The position numbers and the translations under genes were made by a program. The notes below the pieces were generated by a model. That model saw only the letters and a list, made by a program, of their open reading frames with translations. It was not told the origin of the DNA and did no database searches. From Gammaproteobacteria bacterium 28-57-27 (lineage in GTDB: Bacteria > Pseudomonadota > Gammaproteobacteria > Halothiobacillales > Halothiobacillaceae), in the NCBI GenBank assembly GCA_002281735.1, contig NCGK01000019.1, forward strand, positions 10,777 through 74,776: a stretch of DNA of 64,000 nt. Direction: 5' to 3'. Positions 59,010-64,000 of the stretch are shown one piece after another. The first letter of the stretch is position 1; each line of letters opens with the position of its first letter.

Positions 59010-60239
59010 TTAAAAATTGCCCTGAAACCAACTCTTCATCCGCCCCAACACCGAACCCGCCGCCGCAGAAGAGCCTTTCTTCTCATCCACGGCATCCTTA
59101 GCCCCCTGAAACAACAGCAAACCAACCCCAGTGGCATGCGCCGGATTGGTTGCCACCTCCTGAATTCCCGTCACACGCTGCGGCAGTCCAAGACGTACCG
59201 GCATGTGCAACATTTCTTCTGCCAACTCCACCACACCACACATCAAGGCGCTGCCGCCCGTCAGCACCACCCCCGCCGTGACGCGCTCCTCGTAACCGCT
59301 ACGACGCAGTTCCTCGCGTACATGCAGGAAAATTTCCTCGTAGCGAGCCTCGACAATTTCGCCCAAGGTATGCCGCGACAAACGGCGTGCCGGACGATCC
59401 CCCACCCCTGGAACTTCGATGAATTCGCTTGCGTCCTGATCCGGGCACAGCGAGGCGTGCTCCAGCTTGATGCGCTCGGCAAACTGCGTCGGCGTGCGCA
59501 GACCCACCGCAATGTCATTGGTCACCTGGTCGCCAGCAATCGGGATCACCGCCGTATGCCGGATGGCACCATCGACAAACACCGCCAAATCCGTGGTACC
59601 GCCGCCGATATCCACGACACACACGCCGAGCTGGCGCTCGTCGCGGTGCAACACAGCTTCGGCACTGGCGATTTGTTCCAGCACCATTTCATCCACGCGC
59701 AAGCCACAGCGTTCAATGCACTTCACAATATTCTGCACCGCGCTGGTCGCCCCGGTCACCAGATGCGCCCGCACCTCCAGGCGCACACCCGACATGCCAA
59801 TCGGCTGTCGTATGCCCTCTTGCCCGTCGATAATGAATTCCTGCGGCAACACATGAATGATGCGCTGGTCGTGGGGCAGTACCACCGCGCGCGCACCCTC
59901 GATGACGCGATCCACATCCTCCTGCGTGACCTCGCGCTCCTTGATCGCCACCTGACCGGTCGAGTTGCGCGACTGCACATGCCCGCCCGCAATCCCGGCG
60001 CGCACCGCATAAATCTGGCAACCGGTCATCAACTCCGCCGCGTCCACGGCGCGTTGAATCGACTGCACCGTGGACTCGATATCCACGACCACCCCGCGCT
60101 TCAGACCATGCGACGGGCTTTCGCCCAGACCGATGACCTCCACGGAACCATCGTCGGCGACCTCGCCCACAATCACGGCCACCTTGGAGGTGCCGATGTC
60201 CAACGCCACAAGCAAACCCTTATCCGACTTTCTGGCCAT
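59010..60239 (-). CDS. ftsA: Cell division protein FtsA
   Basis: LDIGTSK; DIGGGTTD; VLTGG. Confidence 0.98.
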   Translation of the reverse strand: MARKSDKGLLVALDIGTSKVAVIVGEVADDGSVEVIGLGESPSHGLKRGVVVDIESTVQSIQRAVDAAELMTGCQIYAVRAGIAGGHVQSRNSTGQVAIKEREVTQEDVDRVIEGARAVVLPHDQRIIHVLPQEFIIDGQEGIRQPIGMSGVRLEVRAHLVTGATSAVQNIVKCIERCGLRVDEMVLEQIASAEAVLHRDERQLGVCVVDIGGGTTDLAVFVDGAIRHTAVIPIAGDQVTNDIAVGLRTPTQFAERIKLEHASLCPDQDASEFIEVPGVGDRPARRLSRHTLGEIVEARYEEIFLHVREELRRSGYEERVTAGVVLTGGSALMCGVVELAEEMLHMPVRLGLPQRVTGIQEVATNPAHATGVGLLLFQGAKDAVDEKKGSSAAAGSVLGRMKSWFQGNF

Positions 60240-61259
60240 TTTTTTCGCCTTCAAATGTTGCTATTGAAATCATTGCGACCAAGGCGCTATCGCCCTGGTG
60301 ACGTGTATAAATTTTTGCCACAGAGGGCACAGAGAACTCAGAGACAAAATGCTTAATGTCATACGGTATTACGCATGGACTGACACCCGCGTTGACAGCA
60401 CGCAAGCCATGTTTCCCCTCCGTGTGCTCTGTGCCCTCTGTGGCTAACATTCGGCTTTCGTCGGCTCTTGATAGCGTTTTGGCATCCGCCACCGCACGCA
60501 TGCGCACGCTAAAACCATTGGCATAACGCAAATCGACCTCCTCGACCTCGCCGATGCGACCCGCCAGCGTGCGGTCGAATACATCCAAAAAGCGCTGCAA
60601 ACGCTTTTCGACATCCTCACGCCCAAGGCGCAAGGTCAAACCATGCTCCAGCACCAAGGTTTGCGAGCCACGCTGATCTTCACGCAAGGCCAGCACTCGC
60701 AAGCCGGTCGGCTGAAGCAAACCGCCAAGGCGATTAAACTCCGCCCACAGCGCCATCTCACGCCCGTCCGCCCCACTCAGAGCTGGTAACTGCTCAAGCT
60801 GGCGGTCATCCTCACGCTTGTTGTCGGGATAAATCAGCGAACCATCCGCAGTCAGCACCGCATCACCGCGCCACAATGCCAATGGCTTGTGTTCTTCCAC
60901 CCACAAATGCAGCTTGTCCGGCCACTCGCGCCGCACCCGCGCATCGCGAATCCAGGCCAAATCGGTCAAACCGCGCAGCACATTCGGCAAGTCCACGCCA
61001 AAAAAACTGCCCTGCAAACGTTCATCCACTGCCGTCTGTACCGTCTGTGGCTTGAGGTGCTGTAACTCGCCGTCCACCTTGACTACACGCAAGGGGAAGT
61101 TCCACGGGTCATGAATGGCACGCCAGCCCCACACCAGCGCAGCCACCATGCCAGCCAGCGCCAGCAAATGCAGGGTATGCCGCGCCATCGCTGCCCACGG
61201 CCAGGCCATGATCTGCTCGCCAAGTGGCGTACCGGGGCGTTTGGCATATCGGGCAGCCA

Positions 61260-61260
<1 letters not shown>
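60220..61260 (-). CDS. ftsQ: Cell division protein FtsQ with C-terminal extension reading through a repeat
   Basis: TM, POTRA domain, VDLRYANG; about 85 further residues. Confidence 0.9.
60317..60444. repeat. CACAGAG-repeat palindromic element, copy 2, inside the ftsQ frame
   Basis: Perfect 18-bp terminal inverted repeat GCCACAGAGGGCACAGAG / CTCTGTGCCCTCTGTGGC. Confidence 0.85.
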
Positions 61261-63630
<2,370 letters not shown>

Positions 63631-63634
<4 letters not shown>

Positions 63635-64000
63635 GACTGAATCTCCTTGTGGTCATTTTCATCCTGAGGCGCGTCCATCTCGCCCAGCCACGGTGCACAG
63701 GCGGCCAACATCTGCTGCGCCGACTCCGGCCTGGCCTGAGCACGCGCGAGCTGCGCCATGTGCAGGGTCTGCGCATGCGTCATGCCGCGCAACAGCGTTG
63801 CCAAACGTTCGGCACTCAAATCGCGCTGCTGAATAAGGTGCGCCGCGCCGACCTGCGCCAGCACCGCTGCGTTATGGGTCTGGTGGTCATCCACCGCGTG
63901 CGGGAACGGCACCAGCACGCTGCCTATGCCTGCCGCCGCCAGCTCGGCTACTGTCAACGCCCCGGCGCGGCACAGCACTACATCGGCCCAGGCATAGGCG
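63631..64000 (-). CDS. murG: MurG glycosyltransferase, 3' part (runs off the window)
   Basis: [18 protein letters not shown]; [10 protein letters not shown]. Confidence 0.95.

Overview
GC-rich gammaproteobacterial chromosomal window; the lineage cannot be fixed from the sequence alone. Housekeeping blocks: end of a type IV pilus minor-pilin operon, rplM-rpsI, rpe-gph-trpE/G/D/C-yhfA-speD, argE, an Mla/MCE ABC system, opgH, a large phosphate block (sixA-ppx, ppk1, phoU, pstSCAB, phoBR), nadC and the dcw tail (murG partial, murC, ddl, ftsQ, ftsA, ftsZ). The accessory region at about 15-37 kb is the most interesting. It holds a candidate sigma54 regulon: a GAF-AAA-HTH activator, a CynABD/NrtABD-type anion ABC importer, cyanase, an operon of four atypical sulfur/redox enzymes (OsmC-like with Cys-to-Ser, ACAD-fold flavoprotein without catalytic Glu, rubredoxin-reductase fusion, rhodanese) and an AAA+ ATPase. 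These are linked by -24/-12 promoters, IHF sites and a shared 14-bp upstream motif. My hypothesis, which is inference only, is a thiocyanate/cyanate (or related S-C-N compound) nitrogen-scavenging pathway that uses neither ScnABC nor TcDH. The window also has attC-bounded, integron-cassette-like genes with no integrase nearby (sigZ-arsM, P63C, possibly DUF3224), and many REP/MITE elements, several fused to gene starts or ends. I found no rRNA, tRNA, CRISPR array or transposase.
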